Source: a virus. Taken from it: a DNA stretch of 62,375 nucleotides. The first letter of the stretch is position 1. Each line of letters opens with the position of its first letter. Under the pieces are notes generated by a model, which saw only the letters and a list, made by a program, of their open reading frames with translations, was not told the origin of the DNA and did not search any database. Of this stretch, positions 1-7,474 are shown piece by piece. The stretch is taken from the IMG/VR virus record IMGVR_UViG_3300042695_000799. One strand, written 5' to 3'. Position numbers and translations under genes: made by a program.

Positions 1-127
1 AAATTCAAGTTCAGGCTTTGTTTAACAGTTCAATCGCAGCGATGCGGCGCATGGATGCAGGGGTGACCAGTTCCGGCGGATTTAACGCAATCTGCAGAAA
101 GTCTACATCATCTTCAATTGGTTACGA
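1..127. repeat. Terminal duplication identical to 62249-62375 (circular-assembly overlap or terminal redundancy)
   Basis: Direct reading: aaattcaagttcaggc...tcttcaattggttacga occurs at both window ends, 127/127 identical. Confidence 0.95.
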
Positions 128-173
128 ATTGCGACTAGAGTTTGTTGCCGTTAGCGGCAGCGTCAGCGTTTAA
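1..173 (+). CDS. 3' end of the junction-spanning gene that starts at 61906; stop TAA at 171-173
   Basis: Frame of the 61906 ORF is open to 62375; carried across the overlap it reads ...SSIGYELRLEFVAVSGSVSV* ending at 173. Confidence 0.6.
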   Translation, partial: IQVQALFNSSIAAMRRMDAGVTSSGGFNAICRKSTSSSIGYELRLEFVAVSGSVSV

Positions 174-176
174 CGC

Positions 177-204
177 TTGCCAACCCGTCCCGGTGTGCTA
201 TGAT
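177..204 (+). promoter_or_regulatory. sigma70-type promoter P1 (TTGCCA, 16-nt spacer, TG-extended TATGAT)
   Basis: TTGCCA 177-182; TG 196-197; TATGAT 199-204; lies directly after the junction gene stop. Confidence 0.5.
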
Positions 205-579
205 TGGCGCATCGGGAGCAATCTCCGACCTTGCTACGCTTTAGAGGTTTAACCATGCTCTAACCTAGCGCCCGCTAAGGGGGCCAATCCTAGCCAACCG
301 ATAGATACCGGCGCCGTGCTTTCTGCAAGGCACGACGCAATTTAATCCATTCCCTTGACTTTGCTCCCATGAACTTACCCCTAACCAGCTACGCGGGAAT
401 TGATTTTGCTCAGCTTAACGGAAATGAAGTAACGTTTTCTGCCGCTTTACGTGAACGCGGCTGGAAAGGTGTTTACGAGTAACATCAAGGAATTAACGTT
501 TACAAGATCAAGAATCGGCCAGGCGAAACGGTTTTAGGTATGACGATTTTTGAAGGTGGTCTGGCTTGCAAGCATTATC

Positions 580-609
580 TTGCCACCACCGCCTAACCCG
601 TGCTACAAT
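580..609 (+). promoter_or_regulatory. sigma70-type promoter P2 (TTGCCA, 18-nt spacer, TG-extended TACAAT)
   Basis: TTGCCA 580-585; TG 601-602; TACAAT 604-609; shares cTTGCCA and aacccgTGCTAyrAT with P1. Confidence 0.5.
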
Positions 610-621
610 TCACCCATCGGG

Positions 622-655
622 CCACGGTCCGCCGGAGCCTATCCGGCAACTCATT
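622..655 (+). repeat. Intergenic hairpin repeat, copy A (CCACGGTCC GCCGGA-gccta-TCCGGC AACTCATT)
   Basis: Stem 631-636/642-647, loop 637-641; same element at 1259, 60180, 60489. Confidence 0.85.
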
Positions 656-672
656 CTACTGCATTGACAGTC

Positions 673-930
673 ATGTTTTACGTTCAAGCAACGCTTCAGC
701 AACCTAAGGGAACTTTAAGCGTGAGCAAAGACCAGCCTTCTAGATTCCCTAGGGAAGCTTATGTTTGCTGGGATACCTTGCTGTCGCGAGGAGATATTCC
801 TTGTTTCCGGTGCATTGACGATCCAGCGATAAGGCCAGTATCAAGAGAAGAGGCAGAACGACTAATGCTTAGATGCCAAGAAGTTCATGGAGCAATGTAT
901 GACCATAACTTGCGAATTGTACCTGCTTAA
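673..930 (+). CDS. hypothetical protein (85 aa, start MFYVQ)
   Basis: In frame with ORF 550..930; ATG at 673 chosen because promoter P2 and hairpin copy A lie inside the longer ORF. Confidence 0.55.
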   Translation: MFYVQATLQQPKGTLSVSKDQPSRFPREAYVCWDTLLSRGDIPCFRCIDDPAIRPVSREEAERLMLRCQEVHGAMYDHNLRIVPA

Positions 931-942
931 CCCTTCATCTCA

Positions 943-1254
943 TTGACCCTCGTGGCAAACGCTAACCTCCTAGTCACAACCGTCTACACCGACCCCTCCA
1001 TCGGCTTGACCGTCCAGGCCTGGCAAAGATCCCCTTGTTCTTGGTATCTCCTTTTTCGGGTAAAGGATCAGTATTCACTAACGCTTAATGAAACAGCGGT
1101 TTTCTATATGTTCCGCAGGTTGACTGAATGGCATGAGCAGCCTGCCGGCGGATGGGCACATTGGGCATGGCATCCAATCGGCCATCGCATGGTCCCCCCG
1201 TCAGCGCTGGCTGCCGTAGAAGCCTGGTTAAGCGAACAAGAGGCAGCCGCCTGA
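943..1254 (+). CDS. hypothetical protein
   Basis: ORF track (non-ATG start); ends ...gccgccTGAccc directly at hairpin copy B. Confidence 0.5.
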   Translation: MTLVANANLLVTTVYTDPSIGLTVQAWQRSPCSWYLLFRVKDQYSLTLNETAVFYMFRRLTEWHEQPAGGWAHWAWHPIGHRMVPPSALAAVEAWLSEQEAAA

Positions 1255-1258
1255 CCCT

Positions 1259-1291
1259 CACGGCCCGCCGGAGCCTATCCGGCAACTCATT
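1259..1291 (+). repeat. Intergenic hairpin repeat, copy B
   Basis: CACGGCCC GCCGGA-gccta-TCCGGC AACTCATT; stem 1267-1272/1278-1283. Confidence 0.85.
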
Positions 1292-1316
1292 TTCACTGCA
1301 TTAACCCCCATCACCA

Positions 1317-1517
1317 ATGCTAATAAACCACAAATGGATAAAAGAACAAATGGACCTAACCAGAGGAGAGTTAGACAGAGAAAACAATCAAGATCCCGGC
1401 TACTCAGGCCCAATCACTGACGCTTACCTAGTTGGTTACGGCAGGCATCCTAGGCTTGCCGAGCATACCGAACAAAGCAGGCGAAAAGAGTTAGTAATGC
1501 GTGGCTGGATCGACTAA
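1317..1517 (+). CDS. hypothetical protein (66 aa)
   Basis: ORF track; ATG about 25 nt after hairpin copy B, the same layout as the other copies. Confidence 0.5.
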   Translation: MLINHKWIKEQMDLTRGELDRENNQDPGYSGPITDAYLVGYGRHPRLAEHTEQSRRKELVMRGWID

Positions 1518-1526
1518 CCTACCCTC

Positions 1527-2282
1527 ATGCCAAACAAAACCGTCACCGTAACCGGCCTACAAGAAGCGCTGGATTCGTTGACGGTTTTTCAGCGTGTGCG
1601 CATTCCCGGCAGTGTTGTTTGGAGCTTAAGCCAGTTTGGATTTACTCTGAGAGAAAACGAACAGGAAGTAATTAAAAATACATTCAAAAATAAAAACCAG
1701 TTTACAATCAATTCGCCATTATTTAAAAAGCCCACAAAAGAAAACCCTAAACTTGTTTTCTTCTTGCGTGATAATGCACCTAGGGGCATTTCTCCTGATC
1801 GCTACCTTGCCCCACAGGTTACAGGTGGCGAAGTTTATGTCACGCGATTTAGCCGCGCCTTAAGACGAGCTGGAGCGATTGGATCTAATGAATACATTTT
1901 GCATTGGACCAATCCCGCTTACAAGCCAACGCCGGGATTTATCTCAGCACTTACATCCGCAATTGGCCGCAACACCGGCCCGGTTCGCGCTGGAAGACAG
2001 TATGCACGAAACATAAAAGCACAAAGCAAGTATTTCATGCTCGGCAGGCAGCAGCCAAGGAAAACAAGCAACGCCGTCCGATCGCCGCGCAAGTTTGTAG
2101 ATACAGGCTACAAAGGCCCCGGTATTTACACCCGCAAAAGCGACAAGTTAAGCCTGATCTATCGCGTGATTAGCAAGCCAGCAACTGTTCCAAAGATTTA
2201 CGATTGGTCTGAACGGCGTATGCAACAATTGGCGGATCAGCACTTACCTAAACTCTTGCTTGATAAGTTGGCTGAATTTTAG
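1527..2282 (+). CDS. hypothetical protein (251 aa, basic)
   Basis: ORF track; contains a clearly AT-rich internal patch (about 1620-1760); no motif recognised. Confidence 0.6.
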   Translation: MPNKTVTVTGLQEALDSLTVFQRVRIPGSVVWSLSQFGFTLRENEQEVIKNTFKNKNQFTINSPLFKKPTKENPKLVFFLRDNAPRGISPDRYLAPQVTGGEVYVTRFSRALRRAGAIGSNEYILHWTNPAYKPTPGFISALTSAIGRNTGPVRAGRQYARNIKAQSKYFMLGRQQPRKTSNAVRSPRKFVDTGYKGPGIYTRKSDKLSLIYRVISKPATVPKIYDWSERRMQQLADQHLPKLLLDKLAEF

Positions 2283-2296
2283 GACTTGAGTGAAGC

Positions 2297-2347
2297 GATC
2301 TAAGGAATAATTTTGGAACCGGCGATCGACGATCTAAGGAAATAATT
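2297..2347. repeat. Two direct copies of GATCTAAGGAA(A)TAATT
   Basis: 2297-2312 and 2331-2347. Confidence 0.8.
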
Positions 2348-2388
2348 CAAGACAGGCGGGGTGCAATCCATGGACGCTAGGGAAAGCT

Positions 2389-2412
2389 CCGCCCGCCCGC
2401 CCCGCCCGCCCC
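2389..2412 (-). other. C-tract on the plus strand; G-quadruplex-capable G-runs on the minus strand
   Basis: ccgcccgcccgccccgcccgcccc; the complement has five G3-4 runs separated by single C. Confidence 0.6.
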
Positions 2413-2415
2413 GAC

Positions 2416-2511
2416 AGTACAAACCAACTAGAGTACAAACCAACTAGAGTACAAACCAACTAGAGTACAAACCAACTAGAGTACAAACCAACTAGAGTAC
2501 AAACCAACTAC
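2416..2511. repeat. Iteron-like tandem array, 6 x 16 bp (AGTACAAACCAACTAG)
   Basis: Units start at 2416, 2432, 2448, 2464, 2480, 2496; five are perfect and the last ends in C instead of G. Confidence 0.95.
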
Positions 2512-2553
2512 GTTAAGTATTGTTACAGTCTGCCGCTGCTGTCGTTTTTAATC

Positions 2554-2583
2554 TAGAATCAAGGGGAACGGGCAACCGTTTCA
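2554..2583 (+). promoter_or_regulatory. -10-like TAGAAT followed by a conserved GNRA-loop leader hairpin (copy 1)
   Basis: TAGAAT 2554-2559; gggAACGG-gcaa-CCGTTtc 2564-2582; near-identical block at 6103-6132. Confidence 0.45.
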
Positions 2584-2605
2584 CTTTATCCTTATCCTGT
2601 CCCTA

Positions 2606-2869
<264 letters not shown>

Positions 2870-2967
2870 AAACCACTTGCATCCTGCTCCAAATAGAGTA
2901 GGATTCTCGCAGCCGGGAACCTTCCCGGTTCCATGCCTTGACTTTCCCCCATCATCTCACTCTTCCC

Positions 2968-4014
2968 ATGTCACATGAGTTTTCTTCCGGCGTCTCTACT
3001 AATAACGAAGCATTCTGGCACGGTTTAGGCACTGTGGTTCCCGGCAACCTATCGGCCCGTGAAGGCTTCAAGCTTGCACAGGCAGACTGGAAGGTCATCT
3101 CCTCACCTGCTTGGCAAGGCATACCAAGCCTTGGCGGTGGCTCGGATCCTCAGGCTTGGCGCCAGATACCCGGATACCAGCACCTTACTAGGTCGGATAA
3201 TGGCGCGAGTCTCGCCGTACACAGTGAGACTTATCGTATTATCCAGAACGAGGAACTTATCAGGGTAGCAGAAGCCTTTGAAGCATACGGTAGGTTGTCT
3301 GCTGTATGCGTTCTGCGCGATGGTGCAAGGGTTACGTTCTGCAGTGAAATTACAGACGCTACGGCCGAAGTCTTACCAGGCGATGCCGTTAGGTGCTACC
3401 TTGTTGGGATCACTTCCCACGACGGTAAAGTAGCTTTCCAGGTGCTATTCTCGCCGGTTCGCGTGGTATGCAATAACACTATGTCACAAGCTATCGGTAT
3501 CGCAGATAATGGCGCTGCATCGCATAGAATTAAGATCCGTCATACATTAAACTCTGAGAGTTTAATCCGGCAGATCCCGCAACTTATTGACATTCAAACT
3601 AGACAGTTTAAAGGCGGAGTTGATGAACTCCGCGCCATGGCCGCGAAACCATGTGCTATGACAGAGTTTCGTGATTACGTTTCGGCCGTTTTTGCCGATC
3701 AACTTAAGGGTAAGATCAATGACAAACGTGGCGATGATTCTACCTCCCGTGACAAGAAACTAGAGGATTTACCACTGTGGGAGATGGTATCCCGTAAGTT
3801 TGAAGGTGCGGCAATCGGCAGCAGTATCCCTGGCGTGGAAGGTACGGTCTGGCAAGCGTACAACTCTATCACTGAATTTCTCTCCCATGATGTAGGTAAG
3901 GCACGCGATAAAATGAAGGCTGCAGCAGACAGAATGGAATCGCTTTACTGGGGTAGGTCTGCCGACCTTCTAACTAATGCCCATAACTTAGCGCTGGCTG
4001 CTACTCGCAGCTGA
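2968..4014 (+). CDS. DUF932-like phage/plasmid protein
   Basis: AFWHGLGTV..., YRIIQNEEL..., GITSHDGKVAFQVLFSPVRVVCNNTM resemble the DUF932 family; ATG 2968 preferred over TTG 2938. Confidence 0.6.
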   Translation: MSHEFSSGVSTNNEAFWHGLGTVVPGNLSAREGFKLAQADWKVISSPAWQGIPSLGGGSDPQAWRQIPGYQHLTRSDNGASLAVHSETYRIIQNEELIRVAEAFEAYGRLSAVCVLRDGARVTFCSEITDATAEVLPGDAVRCYLVGITSHDGKVAFQVLFSPVRVVCNNTMSQAIGIADNGAASHRIKIRHTLNSESLIRQIPQLIDIQTRQFKGGVDELRAMAAKPCAMTEFRDYVSAVFADQLKGKINDKRGDDSTSRDKKLEDLPLWEMVSRKFEGAAIGSSIPGVEGTVWQAYNSITEFLSHDVGKARDKMKAAADRMESLYWGRSADLLTNAHNLALAATRS

Positions 4015-4021
4015 GCCTAGC

Positions 4022-4051
4022 CTATTCTGTGGCGCTGCTATTCTGTGGCGC
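4022..4051. repeat. Direct repeat CTATTCTGTGGCGC x2 (16-bp period), with a third partial CTATTCT at 4061
   Basis: 4022-4035 and 4038-4051, just upstream of the gene at 4084. Confidence 0.8.
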
Positions 4052-4083
4052 CATTCTTTACTATTCTCGTTTCGTTCTGAACC

Positions 4084-4884
4084 ATGCTCAACCGTCAACC
4101 CACAACCCTAGCCTCATGGGATCCTGGCCTTTACCGCAATCTATGGCGGTGCGCTATTGATCGTGCAAGGGCCCTAGCCAGTGAACTGCCCAGGGACGAT
4201 GACAGAATGAGAAGAGAGATCGATGCTGGCAATTCGGCTTGGAATCTTTACCAGGCCAAACTAAAGCCCGCATTCTCTCCGCAGTACCCTGAGCCCATAA
4301 ATTGTGATACATTGCATTTTGACAGTTTAACCTTAAACAGGGGCAGGCATATTGAATTATCAGTAGATTCTAAGCCTATGGCAATGCCCGCTTATCTAGA
4401 GTCTGCAATTTATGATCAGGACAAAGGTTGGCAGGACAAAGTAGCAGAATGGTTAAAGATAAACAGTGATGATTGCTTTAATTATGTTTATTACATGCTA
4501 AGATTAAACGGTGAGAGTGATCTCAGTGGTGAGATAGAGGCAACCTATTTTGTGCGCGATAAAGGTGATGGCTACTGGCAGCCATGCTACCTTGTGATAA
4601 ATGACAGCGTTTATGATCTCACCGATACCAATATTGCTGAGTGTGGCATTCTCGACACTACCATAGGTTGGTGGGTTTGTACGCTTGATAATGAACCATT
4701 GCCGGATGAGTGCCGGACTGATAGATTCTCTCAAGGCTACTCCTGTAATCCTACAGCAGAGCTAGAAAGGCAATTGATAGGCGAGCCTGTCTATCACTGG
4801 GGGCATAATTGTTTTGTTGGCAGGCTAAAGACTTATCCGTATCCCGTCAAGCTATGGCCTGAGGTTTCTAGTTATGGTGCCTGA
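4084..4884 (+). CDS. hypothetical protein (266 aa)
   Basis: ORF track; AT-rich central part; no motif recognised. Confidence 0.6.
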   Translation: MLNRQPTTLASWDPGLYRNLWRCAIDRARALASELPRDDDRMRREIDAGNSAWNLYQAKLKPAFSPQYPEPINCDTLHFDSLTLNRGRHIELSVDSKPMAMPAYLESAIYDQDKGWQDKVAEWLKINSDDCFNYVYYMLRLNGESDLSGEIEATYFVRDKGDGYWQPCYLVINDSVYDLTDTNIAECGILDTTIGWWVCTLDNEPLPDECRTDRFSQGYSCNPTAELERQLIGEPVYHWGHNCFVGRLKTYPYPVKLWPEVSSYGA

Positions 4885-5536
4885 ACTTAATCCTACCATT
4901 TCCCCATCGCATCCTCCCATCATGCTTAAGCTAATCGCAGAATCGCCCATTGTTTCCACTGATACCCTCAGGCCGGATCATTTATGTGCCGCGCTAATCG
5001 GTGAAGCTGACAGGTTAGGTATCACGCTGGAGCGCAACCTATGGCAGCCAGCCGTTGCAATCGTGGCCCATGGTCAATACAGTGGCATATGTCTAGACTT
5101 GCCGCCTAAACTTGACGAGTTGTCAGGCGAAATAGTTTCGGAGTTGTTTGATGCGCTAAACTGGGCCACCCCTTCCGGCTGCTACCTAGGCGCAAGTGAA
5201 GGTGATGGCGCTTGTTTTTTATGGACCCTAACGCTTGACGCGCAATGTGAAGCGATAAACGCAGACCCTAGCGGTAAGTTTGAGGCTAAAACTTTAGACG
5301 TACCGAAACATTGGCTTTCTGCTATAGTCAACAATGATGAAACGTCTTTCGATTACTACAATGATAAACGCGATTATATTAGATACCAGGCATTCTGTGA
5401 TGGGGAATTGTCCGATGGTTGGCACGTTTCATCATACGATGATGAAGGTGATTTTATGACGGATCACGACGCACAACCCTATGGCGTATTAGCTTGCGAT
5501 GCAGTTAAATGCTTAGCCATGCGGATAAAGCCATAA
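4874..5536 (+). CDS. hypothetical acidic protein (220 aa)
   Basis: ORF track; 11-nt overlap with the upstream gene; D/E clearly exceed K/R by eye. Confidence 0.6.
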   Translation: MVPELNPTISPSHPPIMLKLIAESPIVSTDTLRPDHLCAALIGEADRLGITLERNLWQPAVAIVAHGQYSGICLDLPPKLDELSGEIVSELFDALNWATPSGCYLGASEGDGACFLWTLTLDAQCEAINADPSGKFEAKTLDVPKHWLSAIVNNDETSFDYYNDKRDYIRYQAFCDGELSDGWHVSSYDDEGDFMTDHDAQPYGVLACDAVKCLAMRIKP

Positions 5537-5578
5537 TTTAATCACCATTACAACCCAACCACACTGCAACTCAAAACC

Positions 5579-5899
5579 GTGGACAATTCTGACCAAACCC
5601 GCGCCAGATTAGCAGCATTATTTGATGCACCATCGGCACCGGAATCACAGCCAACGACACAGCAAGCGACACGGCCAGTAAATAAGTTCTCAGTCTGGCA
5701 GCCTGAGGCTAGGATTCGAGCCTATACGCTCCTTCTAACCTTGGAGCGCATAGGCGGCGATGATGCTGCCCTTTCTAGATTTGGCCAGCTAGCGGAGCAG
5801 ATAGGCTCCGCAATGGAGCAGGAGGAAAGGGCACAAGCGAGCCGGGAGGCAAGCCAGAATATGCTTACGCTATCAGCCGCGCTACATTGTGGCCGCTGA
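5579..5899 (+). CDS. hypothetical protein (106 aa, GTG start)
   Basis: ORF track. Confidence 0.5.
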   Translation: MDNSDQTRARLAALFDAPSAPESQPTTQQATRPVNKFSVWQPEARIRAYTLLLTLERIGGDDAALSRFGQLAEQIGSAMEQEERAQASREASQNMLTLSAALHCGR

Positions 5900-6003
5900 T
5901 GGGAACGCTTTTAATTTGTATCATCGGTGCCTGCTACATCCTGCCAGTTCCCCTTCTCCTGCTCCGCTCTGCCTTTATCGTATGGGGTAAGCATAAAGAT
6001 TAA
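5899..6003 (+). CDS. Possible 34-aa hydrophobic micro-protein (MGTLLICIIGACYILPVPLLLLRSAFIVWGKHKD)
   Basis: TGATG overlap with the upstream stop; a single hydrophobic span; followed by a terminator. Confidence 0.3.
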   Translation: MGTLLICIIGACYILPVPLLLLRSAFIVWGKHKD

Positions 6004-6027
6004 GATTGTCTGAATTGAATCGCTTCC

Positions 6028-6055
6028 AGGTTCCCGCCCATGGGGAACCTTTTTT
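6028..6055 (+). terminator. Intrinsic terminator
   Basis: aGGTTCCC-gcccatg-GGGAACCt followed by TTTTTT (6050-6055). Confidence 0.75.
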
Positions 6056-6102
6056 AATTGTTAAGATTGGCAACGGTTCGGCCGTTGCGGTCGATTCTGT
6101 TG

Positions 6103-6132
6103 TATGATGAAAGGGAACGGGAAACCGTTTCT
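6103..6132 (+). promoter_or_regulatory. -10-like TATGAT followed by the conserved GNRA-loop leader hairpin (copy 2)
   Basis: TATGAT 6103-6108; gggAACGG-gaaa-CCGTTtc 6113-6131; a 7-bp hairpin GCAACGG-ttcgg-CCGTTGC lies at 6070-6088 just upstream. Confidence 0.45.
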
Positions 6133-6149
6133 CATTTGCCTTAATTCCG

Positions 6150-6305
6150 ATGAGCACGCCTATTGCAGACTTGTTCGCTGATAGAATCGCAGACCTTAAG
6201 CAACGGTCTGACGAAACTGATCGCAGCATTCAACGACACTTGGTCGACACCAATCAACTGATCACCACACTAGAGGAGATCGATAAGGATTACCCTGAAG
6301 ACTGA
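6150..6305 (+). CDS. Possible 51-aa protein (MSTPIADLFADRIADLKQRS...)
   Basis: Manual translation; sits between leader hairpin copy 2 and the terminator at 6331. Confidence 0.35.
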   Translation: MSTPIADLFADRIADLKQRSDETDRSIQRHLVDTNQLITTLEEIDKDYPED

Positions 6306-6330
6306 CTAACGCAATTCCCGCAGACTCTCA

Positions 6331-6358
6331 GCCCCGGCACAGCAACCGGGGCATTTTT
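6331..6358 (+). terminator. Intrinsic terminator
   Basis: GCCCCGG-cacagcaa-CCGGGGC followed by aTTTTT. Confidence 0.75.
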
Positions 6359-6486
6359 GTGTCATAGATTATTGGGGTCCCTTGGAGCAGGCTATAACGG
6401 GGATTGATTCTATCCGCACACACTGTCTACTTAGCCGCAGTGCAGCCTTGCTATTTTGCGAATGCGATTCCTGAGACGTAAATAAC

Positions 6487-6510
6487 AAATTTGCAACCTC
6501 ACGCAAATTT
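6487..6510. repeat. Inverted repeat AAATTTGC-8 nt-GCAAATTT in the terS-upstream noncoding region
   Basis: 6487-6494 and 6503-6510; the first TTGCAACC box overlaps it (6491-6498). Confidence 0.8.
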
Positions 6511-6623
6511 CACTACAAATCAATGAGTCTCATGGGATTGAAAAAACGATTAAAACGCTAGATTTTTGCTTAATTTCCCAGATTGCGCTCCACCACTGCC
6601 CCAGGTCGCCTTAAATGATAAAT

Positions 6624-6652
6624 TTGCAACCTTTTTGCAACCTACCTATAAT
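6624..6652 (+). promoter_or_regulatory. Near-consensus sigma70 promoter for the packaging/structural block
   Basis: TTGCAA 6624-6629, 17-nt spacer, TATAAT 6647-6652; GTG of terS at 6676. Confidence 0.6.
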
Positions 6653-6675
6653 CGCCCTAATGCAACCCCTTAAAT

Positions 6676-7266
6676 GTGGCCCTAATCTCCAAAAGCGAAG
6701 CGGCCAGGCGCCTCGGCCGCGATCCAGCCAAGATCACCAAGCTGATCAAAGATAAAAAATTGCGCACGTTTAAGCCCATGGGCCAGCGCGAGCAAGTTGA
6801 CGAAGACGATGTTGAGAAAATACGAATTGACCTAAAGCTTGGCGAAAAATTTACGCCAAACACTATGCGCCCCATCGAACCAGGCAATCCAGGAGCAGAG
6901 CGCAATGCACGATCAACCGTGCCAGCAAATAAAAAAAAGATTGCCGATCTAACCGAGGAAGACTTAAATCTATTTGATAGCAAAGGAAACCTAGACGCAA
7001 TAGCCTGCCGCGCATGGGGCGAGTTTGAAAAATCACGCAAACTCAATATTGAACGCCTAGCCTTGGAGGGTGAATACGTGCTCGCCGCCGAAGTAGGGCC
7101 ACGATTTGAACGCGCAATGCTCACAATTCAAAAAGGCGTGCTAGCAACGCCAAGTAGGCTTAAGGCGCTGCAACCCGACCTATCTCAAGCGGTTCTTGAT
7201 TCTCTCGATAGATTGCTGCGCGAGGCGCTAGAAAAAGCTGTGGATGATTCAATCAATGGAAACTAG
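6676..7266 (+). CDS. terS: Terminase small subunit (Nu1-like, N-terminal HTH)
   Basis: LISKSEAARRLGRDPAKITKLIKDKKL HTH-like N-terminus; position directly upstream of GpA-type TerL. Confidence 0.65.
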   Translation: MALISKSEAARRLGRDPAKITKLIKDKKLRTFKPMGQREQVDEDDVEKIRIDLKLGEKFTPNTMRPIEPGNPGAERNARSTVPANKKKIADLTEEDLNLFDSKGNLDAIACRAWGEFEKSRKLNIERLALEGEYVLAAEVGPRFERAMLTIQKGVLATPSRLKALQPDLSQAVLDSLDRLLREALEKAVDDSINGN

Positions 7267-7474
7267 ACCGCTTCCCTGCCCATTTTGCGGCCACATTGGC
7301 GTCAGCATTGTCGAGTCCGATACCCATAAGTGGCGTGCAGCCCAATGCAACAACTGCGGCGCTCGCGCCGGAGATGTCCGCTGGCTATGGAAGGAAAAGG
7401 ATCCCGACGCGGAGGCCGAAACCAGGGCAATGATCGAGTGGAACAGGCGACACGAAGCGATCAATGCCAATTAA
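7244..7474 (+). CDS. Lar-like restriction-alleviation zinc-ribbon protein
   Basis: CPFCG...19 aa...CNNCG...MIEWNRR matches the Lar family pattern; overlaps both terS and terL. Confidence 0.55.
   Translation: MIQSMETRPLPCPFCGHIGVSIVESDTHKWRAAQCNNCGARAGDVRWLWKEKDPDAEAETRAMIEWNRRHEAINAN

Noticed and set aside
550-672. N-terminal extension of ORF 550..930
   Set aside because: It would run through promoter P2 and hairpin repeat copy A. Every other copy of the repeat is intergenic, with an ATG 15-25 nt downstream, and that matches the ATG at 673.
2416-2511. Possible CRISPR array
   Set aside because: The 16-bp units are strictly head to tail with no spacers, and no cas genes are present. This is an iteron-type tandem repeat.
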